Shown here: positions 9,972-19,325 of the stretch, one piece after another | Layout: each line of letters opens with the position of its first letter | How positions within the stretch are numbered: the first letter of the stretch is position 1 | Assembly: GCA_945830575.1 (NCBI GenBank) | Contig: CALZZE010000014.1 | Span: forward strand, 117 to 64,116 | Reading direction: 5' to 3' | Length of the DNA: 64,000 nucleotides | Source: an uncultured Subdoligranulum sp. | Lineage (GTDB): Bacteria; Bacillota; Clostridia; Oscillospirales; Ruminococcaceae | Position numbers and translations under genes: made by a program | Notes under the pieces: model-generated | What the model was told of the DNA's origin: nothing | Database searches by the model: none | What the model saw: only the letters and a program-made list of their open reading frames with translations

Positions 9972-11057
9972 ATGGAACAAACTGAATATCATTCGCGCAC
10001 AGCAAAGACGGTTGCCGCATTGCTGTGCGCAGTCTTTTTGCCGCTGATGCTGATTATGACAGCAATTCTCTGCATGGCTGATGCGGCAGCGGAGCATAAC
10101 CGGAGTGCAGTGACAGCGTGCTTTGACACTGCAGTGGCAATCCCGGCATCGGCAGACATCACGTTCCGGGAGCACATTTTCCAGATGCGGGACTGCTTTG
10201 CCGTGTTGGACAGTGCAGCCGGGGAGCTGGAGGTGCCGGAGGACGTTCCCCCGCTGGATACCACATTGGTCAAATCCCTGTTCTACTGGCTGAACTACGG
10301 GAACGAATCTGTCCGGCTCAGTGAGGAGCAGGCAGCGTCCTTCGTGGCGTGCTTTGTCCGCTTTGAGGAACGGACACGGGAAGTGGAACGCACAGAGGAC
10401 CCCGGCGAAGACCGGCCCGAAGACCCGGAGCCGACACCGCCCCCGGAGGAGGAATCGGAGCAGGAACCGGAACCGGTGACGGAAACGTATCAGGCGGCAA
10501 TCCCGCTGATGGAATTGCCGGACATCTTTCAGAATCTCGCCAATCATCTGAACCGCAGCATTGATCTGCAAACCCAGTCAGGCTGTCTGGAAATCTATTA
10601 CATGGTGCGTTACGGGGAAGCCTCACGCGGCGGTGCAACGGATGAACTGATCGATATCCTGATCGACGGGGAATCCGAGTACATTGGCGGTGCGGCGGGC
10701 AGCCCGTTTGCGGAGGATTGGCGCGGTCATGTGACCTGTGAATTTGGCAATGGGCATCGGGGAATTGATCTCGCGTTCCCCACGGGAACGCCGATTCGTG
10801 CGGTGGCATCCGGTACGGTGGTGCTGGCACGGTATGGCCATTACAGCTACGGAAACTATCTGGTCATAGATCACGGCGGCGGGGTGACAACATTATACGC
10901 CCATTGTTCCGCTTTGACGGTGGCAACCGGCCAGACAGTTTCGGCAGGACAGGTCATTGCCAGAGTGGGATCTACCGGAAACTCCACCGGCAGCCACCTG
11001 CATTTGGAAGTTAAGCAAAACGGAACATTGGTAAACCCAAGAACTTTTATTTCATAG
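9972..11057 (+). CDS. M23-family peptidoglycan endopeptidase (conjugative hydrolase)
   Basis: N-terminal TM; HRGIDLA and HLHLEV zinc-binding motifs; GSTGNSTG. Confidence 0.9.
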   Translation: MEQTEYHSRTAKTVAALLCAVFLPLMLIMTAILCMADAAAEHNRSAVTACFDTAVAIPASADITFREHIFQMRDCFAVLDSAAGELEVPEDVPPLDTTLVKSLFYWLNYGNESVRLSEEQAASFVACFVRFEERTREVERTEDPGEDRPEDPEPTPPPEEESEQEPEPVTETYQAAIPLMELPDIFQNLANHLNRSIDLQTQSGCLEIYYMVRYGEASRGGATDELIDILIDGESEYIGGAAGSPFAEDWRGHVTCEFGNGHRGIDLAFPTGTPIRAVASGTVVLARYGHYSYGNYLVIDHGGGVTTLYAHCSALTVATGQTVSAGQVIARVGSTGNSTGSHLHLEVKQNGTLVNPRTFIS

Positions 11058-11075
11058 AAAGACGAGGAATAGAGA

Positions 11076-11690
11076 ATGAAGAAAGCAGAATTGATTCAGA
11101 AGGCAGTAGAGTATCTGGTGGAAGAGGGAACGAAGAATACCAGTTCCGGAAACTGGGTGATCGAAGCGGAAGAAGTGGCTGAGGCTCTCAATGTGAGCCT
11201 GGATACGATTTTGGAATATGGCGATGAGATCGCAGACGAACTCGTACTTTGTGAGCCTGTCTCCGGCGTTTCCTATACCTCTGAAGAGGGGAACTTCGAT
11301 ATGGATTTCTTTCTGGACTACTGCGAAAACGCGAAAGAAGAAGAGACCATCCGGGCGCTTCTCATCCTGCCGGAAAAACCGCCCCGCCGGATCGATCTTG
11401 ACAATACGCTGAAAGCGCTGCAGAAAGCGGTCGGCGGGTATGTGGAATCCCTCACAGTGGAACCGGATGTGACGTTCCTGCTCAATGAGGAAGGCAAGCT
11501 GAAGGGACTTCCGGCCAATCGCCATTACCGGGGTGACATTCTGGTCGGTCCGGTTTTGGTCTGCGGTGTGAAAGGGGAACACTTCTGCTCGCTGAGAGAA
11601 GATCAGATGGCGAAGTATGAGCAGATGTTCCAGGAATCGGAAACGTTCACGCCCAGAGAGCAGTTTGGTCTGGTGTTTTACACTTTGTGA
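11076..11690 (+). CDS. DUF3846-domain protein
   Basis: LQKAVGGYVE...NEEGKLKGLPANR...DILVGPVLVCG. Confidence 0.7.
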   Translation: MKKAELIQKAVEYLVEEGTKNTSSGNWVIEAEEVAEALNVSLDTILEYGDEIADELVLCEPVSGVSYTSEEGNFDMDFFLDYCENAKEEETIRALLILPEKPPRRIDLDNTLKALQKAVGGYVESLTVEPDVTFLLNEEGKLKGLPANRHYRGDILVGPVLVCGVKGEHFCSLREDQMAKYEQMFQESETFTPREQFGLVFYTL

Positions 11691-11703
11691 AAAGGAGTGA
11701 GCA

Positions 11704-12561
11704 ATGCAACTTCGTGAAGCGAAACAACCGGAATGGGACCTTTGCTTTTCGGATGACAAGGAAGATGAAAAGCGAGGCTGTATCGGCCATATCCGGATCG
11801 ATTTCGGTAGGAATGGCAACGAGTGGTGGCATACCTGGTGGTCTCATCAGGAGAGCATGGTGACGCCGGAATTCATCAAGGATCTGAATCTTGTCATCGA
11901 TGGCATACACCGAAGCGGCCCGCTGCAGAACCTGTCAACGATGAAAAAGTTCTGCTACGCGCATCCCGAAGCGAAGATGGGGGAGAGCTGGGACAGGGAT
12001 GCCTATTGTTTTATGGCAGAGGGAGAGCAGTTTGCCTATGCGCTGAGGCTCTCCTTTACCGGCTATCACATTTACGCATACGCCTACGATGCTGAGATTC
12101 TGCGCCATTATCTGGACCCGGCGTATCAGCCGAAATACACACTGATGGAAGTGAAACAACGCGGAATGACTGCCTATATCAAGGCAAGGAATATCCAAAA
12201 CGCGCTGCAGGCGGCACGGATTGTACGCACGCATCTGAAAGCCGGGAAGTGCCTCAAACCGTTGGAGGATGAATTTCTTGGCCCGGTACTGGATGCGGAC
12301 GAGTACGGAAGGCAACTGTCCGGGTGGAAAACGGAACCATGTGTCCGGGGCACGATTTCCATCGACATGGAAGGCAGGACCTTTTCCTTTGAGGACCGGG
12401 ACAACCCATGGGCGGAATACTCGCTGAGGCACATTTCTTCTGCGGTATACCGGGCGGATCGGAAACGTGTCCTTGACCCGTTGGACCGTTGGGACATTTT
12501 CAGCAAATCCATCGCAGGACATGAGCTGACGCAGAATCAGGGAGTGAACATGACACCGTGA
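11704..12561 (+). CDS. Hypothetical ICE protein
   Basis: AAGGAG RBS; 285-aa ORF in the operon. Confidence 0.6.
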   Translation: MQLREAKQPEWDLCFSDDKEDEKRGCIGHIRIDFGRNGNEWWHTWWSHQESMVTPEFIKDLNLVIDGIHRSGPLQNLSTMKKFCYAHPEAKMGESWDRDAYCFMAEGEQFAYALRLSFTGYHIYAYAYDAEILRHYLDPAYQPKYTLMEVKQRGMTAYIKARNIQNALQAARIVRTHLKAGKCLKPLEDEFLGPVLDADEYGRQLSGWKTEPCVRGTISIDMEGRTFSFEDRDNPWAEYSLRHISSAVYRADRKRVLDPLDRWDIFSKSIAGHELTQNQGVNMTP

Positions 12562-13154
12562 AAAAGGAAACCGTAGAAGACCTTTACCGGAACCTGCAGC
12601 AGAGTTTCGATCACTGGCACATTCTGTATACGCAAGGTGGGAGTGACCCGTTCTGGGCAGATGGCGTGAACCTCAATCTCGTCAGAAACCATATTCTTTA
12701 TTATCGTAAGCGGATCGACGAACTCAGCCCGGATGAAACGAGGCGGGATTTGTATCATCGGGAACTCCCGCCGATTGTGGAATCGGAGTATATGGCAAAT
12801 CCGGAAGAGATTCGGCAGAAAGCCAAAGCATCGCTGCAGAAGCTGGAGCAGGATGAGAACTACCGCTATCTGGCCCGTAAAGAAAAGACCTTGACGCCAA
12901 AACAGATTGAGGCGGCCAATATCCATTCCCTTGTTGCGTATGTACAGGGTATCAGAACCGCGTTGGAGAAAGACGATCTGGTAACGCTGCGCCGGGCAGG
13001 CGATGTGGACTGGATGGTGAAATGTTTTGCGGAACGCGCTGAGCAGGTCCGGCAGATGAAACCTCCGGAGAATGAACAGCTGTCCCTGTTTGCATTTCTG
13101 GAACCGGAAGATGATTTGGACGATGAGGCTCCCGTTTGGGAGCCTCAATTTTAA
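12558..13154 (+). CDS. Hypothetical protein with QLSLF motif
   Basis: Overlapping GTGA start/stop; helical; NEQLSLF near the C-terminus. Confidence 0.6.
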   Translation: MKKETVEDLYRNLQQSFDHWHILYTQGGSDPFWADGVNLNLVRNHILYYRKRIDELSPDETRRDLYHRELPPIVESEYMANPEEIRQKAKASLQKLEQDENYRYLARKEKTLTPKQIEAANIHSLVAYVQGIRTALEKDDLVTLRRAGDVDWMVKCFAERAEQVRQMKPPENEQLSLFAFLEPEDDLDDEAPVWEPQF

Positions 13155-13168
13155 CGAGGAGGGACACG

Positions 13169-14122
13169 ATGAAAGAATGGAATGACTTGAAAATTATTGG
13201 CGTGGATCAGGGATACGGCAACATGAAGACGGCCAATACCATCACGCCCACCGGACTGGTGGCCTATGACGAAGAACCTGTGTTCACCGGCGATACGCTC
13301 GTCTTTGGCGGAAAGCATTACCGCATCGGTGTCGGGCATAAGGAATTCGTGGTGGACAAGACCGCAGATGATGATTTCTACATTTTGACGCTGGCGTCCA
13401 TCGCCAAGGAACTGCGCTGCGCTGAGTTGACAAAGGCAAAGGTTCATTTGGCGGTTGGTCTGCCCATGACATGGGTTGGCCGCCAACGGGAACAGCTCAG
13501 GGCGTATCTGCTTCGGAATCAGGAGGTGACGTTCCTTTTCAATGATGAGGAATATCAACTCCAGATGGACGGCTGCTCTGTTTTCCTGCAAGGATATCCT
13601 GCGGTGCTCGGTCTTGTGGGAGAGCTGCAGGGGGATGTGCTGCTGGCTGATGTGGGAAACGGCACCATGAATATTCTGTACCTGAACGATGGCCGCCCGA
13701 ATCCCGCCAAGGTGTGGACCGAAAAACTCGGCGTGGAACAGTGCGTCATTGCAGTGCGCAGCGCGGTCATGAACGAATTCGGCGTGGTGATCCAGGACCA
13801 TACCATTGAGCAGGTACTGCGTACCAACAAGGCTCCCATCAACAAAAAGTATCTGGACTGCATCCGCCTGACGGCAAAAGAGTATGTGGCACAGCTGTTC
13901 ACTGTGCTGCGCCGGCATGAGTATGACCCGGACCTGATCCGGCTGGTCGTAGCAGGCGGCGGGGCCTGTCTGGTCAGGCATTTCGGAAAACAGAAACACA
14001 ATATCCAAATCGTGGATGACCTGTGTGCCGCCGCCAAAGGGTACGAGTTCCTTGCGTTGAAAAAGCTGGAGAAGGAGGAGACTGGAAATGGGAGAGCGAA
14101 AGAGACTGTCCATTTGGTTTGA
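13169..14122 (+). CDS. parM: ParM/StbA actin-like partition ATPase
   Basis: IGVDQGYGNMKT (phosphate 1), ADVGNGTMN (phosphate 2), VAGGGA (adenosine), AAAKG; GAGGAGG RBS. Confidence 0.9.
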   Translation: MKEWNDLKIIGVDQGYGNMKTANTITPTGLVAYDEEPVFTGDTLVFGGKHYRIGVGHKEFVVDKTADDDFYILTLASIAKELRCAELTKAKVHLAVGLPMTWVGRQREQLRAYLLRNQEVTFLFNDEEYQLQMDGCSVFLQGYPAVLGLVGELQGDVLLADVGNGTMNILYLNDGRPNPAKVWTEKLGVEQCVIAVRSAVMNEFGVVIQDHTIEQVLRTNKAPINKKYLDCIRLTAKEYVAQLFTVLRRHEYDPDLIRLVVAGGGACLVRHFGKQKHNIQIVDDLCAAAKGYEFLALKKLEKEETGNGRAKETVHLV

Positions 14123-14381
14123 CATGGATCTCATTGACCAAAGGCAAGCGTATGAGCTGCTGAAAGCCAAAGCAGAACAAACAGGTCATTCATATGGGCA
14201 GGTCATCACAGACGCGATGCTCCAAAACAAGGATTGCAGCACTGCCTGCGTAGCACGGATTCTGAAAGGCGTTGAAGACCTGTTGAATAGAAGCAATACA
14301 GGAAATCAGCCGAATGGAGCAACTTTGGCTCCAAAGAAAGACCCGGAAATCGACATAGACTGGTCGTTTGTTGGGTCATAA
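14088..14381 (+). CDS. Putative ParR-like adaptor / DNA-binding protein
   Basis: Small ORF overlapping parM; N-terminal KRLSIWF beta-strand followed by helices. Confidence 0.55.
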   Translation: MGERKRLSIWFDMDLIDQRQAYELLKAKAEQTGHSYGQVITDAMLQNKDCSTACVARILKGVEDLLNRSNTGNQPNGATLAPKKDPEIDIDWSFVGS

Positions 14382-14458
14382 GGCTCCAACTTGGCTCCAT
14401 GTTTGCGGAGATTTCACGGGGAAAGCCGTTTTGGCCAGCTTTGGCTCCAAAATGGAGC
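14314..14458. repeat. Clustered GGCTCCA / TGGAGC motifs (possible parC or relaxosome binding sites)
   Basis: GGCTCCA at about 14327, 14382, 14393 and 14443; complementary TGGAGC at about 14315 and 14453. Confidence 0.5.
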
Positions 14459-14760
14459 TACAAATCTGCAGGGTTTGCCCTGTCCGATTATGAAGCAGGA
14501 GAAAGCAGCGTGTCATTTTCGTCCCCACGCTGCCCGCACACCGCGCCGCAATGCGGCCCGGCAGGCTTTTGGAAGTGTTTCATTTTGGAGGATTTGAACC
14601 CTTTTCCGGAATCATGTGTGTCATTTGCCACGTTGTGGAGCAGTTTCTGCCGAAGTAACGACTTGTTTTGTGTTTCAGATATGGAGGAACCGATGACCAG
14701 TATCCGGGCACCCCCCAAAACAACAGCGTTCGAAAAGAAAAACAGCGAGACAAAATTCAA

Positions 14761-14787
14761 AGGGCTTCTCCGCAGTGGAGAAGCCCT
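14761..14787. promoter_or_regulatory. Perfect 11-bp inverted repeat in the candidate oriT region
   Basis: AGGGCTTCTCC-GCAGT-GGAGAAGCCCT, just upstream of the relaxosome genes. Confidence 0.45.
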
Positions 14788-14803
14788 CATTTTTGGGAGG
14801 TGG

Positions 14804-15274
14804 ATGATGACTGGCCATGATGTCGAGAAAGGAAAAGAAAGAAAACCGAAACGCGCAACAGGATTTCGGGTCAGTGAGGAACTGAGCGGGCAAATTGAGC
14901 AGGCCAGAAAGCTGGATGGCAGCAAGTCATTTCAGCAGTTCTGTGAAAAAGCGGTGCGATTCTACATCGGCTACCTGATGGCAGAGGAGCATGAAGACTA
15001 TGTGACCCTGACGATGCGCAGCACGTTGACAGGATTATTTGAAAAATTTGAAGCTGACCTCAAGCGTTCCAATTTCAAGGTGGCGGCATCCGTAACCGAA
15101 CAGGCCATGGCGCTGATGCTGGCTACACAATTCACACCCGAAGAACTGCGCAGAATTCGGGGAAAGGCAATCGGGCAGATGAAGCAGTATGGCGGGCCGC
15201 CGCCGCTGGAAGTGATTCAAAAAGAACTGCCTGATGCGGAGCAGGGAGGTGAAGGCGAATTCCAAGACTGGTAA
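14804..15274 (+). CDS. Ribbon-helix-helix-type relaxosome accessory protein
   Basis: GGGAGGT RBS before ATG 14804; TGFRVSEELSGQIEQAR resembles an RHH; directly upstream of the relaxase. Confidence 0.6.
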   Translation: MMTGHDVEKGKERKPKRATGFRVSEELSGQIEQARKLDGSKSFQQFCEKAVRFYIGYLMAEEHEDYVTLTMRSTLTGLFEKFEADLKRSNFKVAASVTEQAMALMLATQFTPEELRRIRGKAIGQMKQYGGPPPLEVIQKELPDAEQGGEGEFQDW

Positions 15275-16392
15275 CCAAATGGAAATATCAAAAACAGGGC
15301 AGCCGGCATGAGGGAAACTATGTCCGATACATTGCCACAAGGGACGGGGTACAGAAACCCGGCTCAGAGGTATATCTGCGGTATATGGCAGGGCGGCCGG
15401 GATCCCACGGGCTGTTTTCCTGGTATGGATCTGATTTGTCACTGGATCGAATTGCGAAGGAAGCGGGGCAGCATTCGGGTCCGGTCTGGAACGCAATCTT
15501 CTCATTGAAACGGGAGGATGCGGCCAGAGTTGGGTATGACAACGCAGACGCATGGCAGGCGCTGCTCAATGCCAATGCATCCTTCATTGCCAATGAGATG
15601 AACATTGAGGTTTCCGGGTTCCGATGGTATGCGGCCTTTCATGATGAAGGCAATCACCCGCATGTGCATTTTGTGGCCTATGCAGAAAAAACGGGACGGG
15701 AATACCTTTCGGAAAAAGGAGTACAGCATATCCGGTCCCGGATGGCCCGCGAAATCTTCAAGGAAGAACTGCATGAGATCTACGTTCTGCAGACACAGGC
15801 CCGTGGAGAACTGGATCAGAAGGCGCAGCGGGAATTTCATGATGCGGTGGAAAAATTGAAGGGGGCCTCCCTCCCTGATCCACGCATGATGGAATTGATT
15901 CCCCGGATTGCAGCAGCGCTGCAGCGACACAAGGGGAAAAAGGTGTACGGGTATCTTTCCAAAGGCACGAAACAGTTGGTGGATCAGGCGGTTGACATAT
16001 TGTCCGGGACACCGGAAGTGGCAGATGCCTACGCCAGATGGTGGGAACTGCGCAAACGGGTGCTTGAAACTTACCGGGATGATACCGGCGAGATCCCGCC
16101 GCTGTCCACCCAGCCGGAATTCAAGAAGATCCGCAATATGGTTGTGCGGGAAATCTGGAAGACGGTGCAGGAACAGGAGAATCAGATGGCAGGAGAGGAG
16201 AACAGTACCATGGCGCGGAGCGGGGTCTGCACACAACGGATCCTGTGGGGGCTGGCGGACTTGTTCTCGGTCAGAGAGCCGAAGAAAAGCCCCGCTCTGA
16301 ACGCCAGAGTGGACCGGAAACGGCTTCGGTGGCTGCACCAAAAGAAAATCGCCCTCGGCCAGGCCGGGGACGATCTGGAAATCAGGTTTTAG
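15259..16392 (+). CDS. Relaxase, MOB-L/MobP3 type, with probable ATT start
   Basis: In-frame IPRLVTKW...YVRYIATRDGV...YMAGRPGSHGLF, NAIFSL, RWYAAFHDEGNHPHVH. GGAGGTG SD lies 7 nt before ATT 15259, with an in-frame TGA at 15250. Confidence 0.85.
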   Translation: MPRLVTKWKYQKQGSRHEGNYVRYIATRDGVQKPGSEVYLRYMAGRPGSHGLFSWYGSDLSLDRIAKEAGQHSGPVWNAIFSLKREDAARVGYDNADAWQALLNANASFIANEMNIEVSGFRWYAAFHDEGNHPHVHFVAYAEKTGREYLSEKGVQHIRSRMAREIFKEELHEIYVLQTQARGELDQKAQREFHDAVEKLKGASLPDPRMMELIPRIAAALQRHKGKKVYGYLSKGTKQLVDQAVDILSGTPEVADAYARWWELRKRVLETYRDDTGEIPPLSTQPEFKKIRNMVVREIWKTVQEQENQMAGEENSTMARSGVCTQRILWGLADLFSVREPKKSPALNARVDRKRLRWLHQKKIALGQAGDDLEIRF

Positions 16393-16673
16393 TAGCGTTC
16401 CTGCCGCATCATGGCATCTTCGCACATGGCATACGCAAGTTCGGGAGTCCGGGCGATAAAGCAATAATACTGACCGTGTTCAGAGCAGTATTCGTATTCG
16501 ACACCAGTCTCAATGGGAGTCAGACGCTCCTGTCCGGGAAATAAAGGCAAAGTCATGATGCATCGCACTTCCTACTATATATTCTGCTGTGCAGGCCGCA
16601 CAACGCTACTTATTGTATCACACAAAGGCAGAAATGCCAATAGACGAACCTATCAGGATAGAGGTGAAGACAG

Positions 16674-18050
16674 TTGGGGCAAAAAAGCCGATTCTCAAGG
16701 GAACAAATCCAAAGGGCAAGAGGAATGCCGCTTGTACCTTTGTTGCAGGCCCGTGGAATCCACATGAAACAGAAAGGTCGGGAAATGTATCTTACGGACC
16801 AGCGGTATCGCGGCATTACAGTCAACGGGTCAAAGTGGTACTCCCATTATGAACGAACCGGGGGCGGCCCGGTGGAGTTTCTGCAGCGTTATGGAGGAAT
16901 GTCGGAAGAAGGTGCGATTGAGGAATTGCTTGGCCTGTCGCTTTCGATTCCCCGTGATTCTCACGCGGTCAGAGAGCAGGAGAGAAAGAAAGCGTTCGCA
17001 TTGCCCGCCGCCGCGCCTGATCATGAACGGGCGCTGCATTACCTGACGAAGGTACGGCTGATCGCGCCGGACATCGCACAGCATTTTCTGGATACAGGCC
17101 AAATCTATGAATGCCTGTCCACGAACCCGACCTGTACGCTGCACAACATTGCGTTTGTAGGGACAGACCGAAAAGGTGTCCCACGGCAGGCGCACTGCAA
17201 GGGGATGGCGCGTGGCAGCGGTTTCCGATTTGATGTGGAGAACAGCGATGGAAGATACGGATTCGGGCATTACGGGAAAAGTGACAGACTGTATGTTTTT
17301 GAAGCGGCGTTGGATCTGCTCAGTTTTCTGACATTGTACCCGGATCGCTGGCAGGATCACAGCTACGTGGCGCTGGGCGGGGTTGCAGAGCACGCCATGA
17401 TGACGATGCTCCATTGCCATCCCGGATTGCAGGAAGTGATTCTCTGCCTTGACCATGACCCCGGCGGACAGATGGCAACGATGCGGCTGCGAAAGGCGCT
17501 GCTGGACAGGCCTGTCCGGGTTTCTGTCCGCCAGCCGGGTCAGGAAAAGGACTGGAATGAGATGCTGTACCACAGGGCCGGGTTCTCCTTTCTTCCGGCC
17601 AGTGACGATAGGCAGTTGGCCGAAATGAAGGAATACGCGGCACAGTTGTACGTGGAAGTGATGACGGCAGACAGGAACAGGGTGCCGTCAGAACGGGCGG
17701 AATTGGCATTGACACAATTCGAAGTGAACAATGACCTGACGGCGCTGCACCGCTGCGCAGTTTGCGCCGGCGTTCAGGCCAGAAGGCTTTGGGAAATGAC
17801 CGGAGCGCCTTTCACGGCGGATGTATTTGAAACCGGAACCTGTGTCCAGGCAGCGTTGGACAACCCGTTCTACAAGGCCGTCCGACAACTGGAACAGATA
17901 CGGGAAGATGAGGCACGGTTTCCGTGTTTCACGAAACCTCAGTGCCACACGCTTGCGATGGAATGGATGACGCTTGCGGGACAATGTATGGTGCAGAAAT
18001 TGCAGGAAGAACAGATGGAGCAGGAAAATCAGGAGGAACTGTCATGGTAG
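16674..18050 (+). CDS. DUF3991 + TOPRIM primase-like protein
   Basis: VFEAALDLLSF, LCLDHDPGG and KDWNE TOPRIM motifs; GAGGTG RBS with TTG start. Confidence 0.8.
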   Translation: MGQKSRFSREQIQRARGMPLVPLLQARGIHMKQKGREMYLTDQRYRGITVNGSKWYSHYERTGGGPVEFLQRYGGMSEEGAIEELLGLSLSIPRDSHAVREQERKKAFALPAAAPDHERALHYLTKVRLIAPDIAQHFLDTGQIYECLSTNPTCTLHNIAFVGTDRKGVPRQAHCKGMARGSGFRFDVENSDGRYGFGHYGKSDRLYVFEAALDLLSFLTLYPDRWQDHSYVALGGVAEHAMMTMLHCHPGLQEVILCLDHDPGGQMATMRLRKALLDRPVRVSVRQPGQEKDWNEMLYHRAGFSFLPASDDRQLAEMKEYAAQLYVEVMTADRNRVPSERAELALTQFEVNNDLTALHRCAVCAGVQARRLWEMTGAPFTADVFETGTCVQAALDNPFYKAVRQLEQIREDEARFPCFTKPQCHTLAMEWMTLAGQCMVQKLQEEQMEQENQEELSW

Positions 18051-18060
18051 GAGGTTGCAA

Positions 18061-19248
18061 ATGATGAGAGCAATTTTGAGAAATGAAAAACACCCGGAGT
18101 ATGGGGCGGTAACGATACCGTTCCCGATTCCGGCTGACCAATATGACCGCTGCATCGAGATGCTGGAGGCGATAGAAACCGGGAGCATTTTGAGCCCGGA
18201 CTGCCGGGTGGTCGCCATTGGGGACGGATTGCCGGTCTTGCAAAGGCTGGTCGGTACCGATGTCAATGTGGATGAGCTGGATTACCTTATGAAACGATTG
18301 GACAGCTTTCAGAGAGCGGAAATTGCAAAATTTCAGGGAATGGCTGAGGTGCTGGATCTGCGCAGCGTTTCGGACTTAATCAATCTGACGTTCTGCTGCG
18401 ATCAGGTTACCGTGATTACGGATTTCCGGAATCTGTCATCTGTGGGGAAAGGCCACTATCTGACAGTTCGTGGCGGCTGTGCGCCGAGTTCAGAGATTGT
18501 CTCTCTGGATGGACAGAAGCTGGCAGAGGACCTGATCCGGAAGGGAACGGGGCATATTACGCCATATGGTGTGATTTACGACAACGGTATGGAACTGAAG
18601 CAGGTTTACAAAGGCACCGAATTTCCGCTGTATTCCTATCATCCACAGGAAATGGTGGTGGGTGTGTCCCCTGCGGGGCAGACTGATCGGGAAACGTTGA
18701 TGATGCTCCCAATGGCGGAAAAAGAATTGGAACGTGCTATGAGACGGAACGGGATGAGCATCCATGAGAAAGTCATGGTGCGCTTTAATGAAGTGACCGA
18801 CTTTGCGCTTTTCAAGACGGCGGTTTAGTTCTCGCACAATGATATGAGGAGCATCAATGCATTCATCAAGCTGGTAAGTCCTCTGGATGGGCCTGAAATC
18901 GAAACATGGCAGGCGGCTGTGAACTATGCGGGGGTACGGTCGATGGAGGAGTTCCTTGCAGTTGGACGGAATCTGGATCTGTTCTATTACTGCTTTGACG
19001 TATCGATCCCGGAAGAATATGGAAAGCGAATCATACAGGAGTCGGGACACTTCGATTATGACCCGAATCTGGATGACTATTACGATTACCGAAAATACGG
19101 CGAGGACAGGATCCGTCAGGAACAGGGCGTTTTTTTGGAACATGGGTACTTTGTTTATCTGGGAGAACAGCCCTTTTGGGAGCTGATGCAGGAACAGGAG
19201 CAGAATAGGGAAACTCTGTCCCAGGAACAGGGGATAGGCTTATATTGA
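18061..19248 (+). pseudogene. ICE protein with an ArdA-like C-terminal region, interrupted by an in-frame TAG at 18826-18828
   Basis: Track ORFs 17974-18828 and 18844-19248 share one frame, separated only by the TAG. No SD before ATG 18844. C-terminal YYDYRKYGED...GY is ArdA-like. Confidence 0.55.
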
Positions 19249-19265
19249 AATAGGTAGAGTGAATG

Positions 19266-19291
19266 GCGCCGGGAACGAATCCCGGCGCTTT
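19266..19291 (+). terminator. Terminator-like hairpin upstream of virD4
   Basis: GCGCCGGGA-ACGAA-TCCCGGCGC-TTT. Confidence 0.45.
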
Positions 19292-19325
19292 CATATATAA
19301 AAGGTTAGGAACGGAGGAAATAACA

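Noticed and set aside
14399-14803. N-terminal 135 aa of track ORF 14399-15274
   Set aside because: Runs through the repeat/hairpin region; the strong SD is at ATG 14804.
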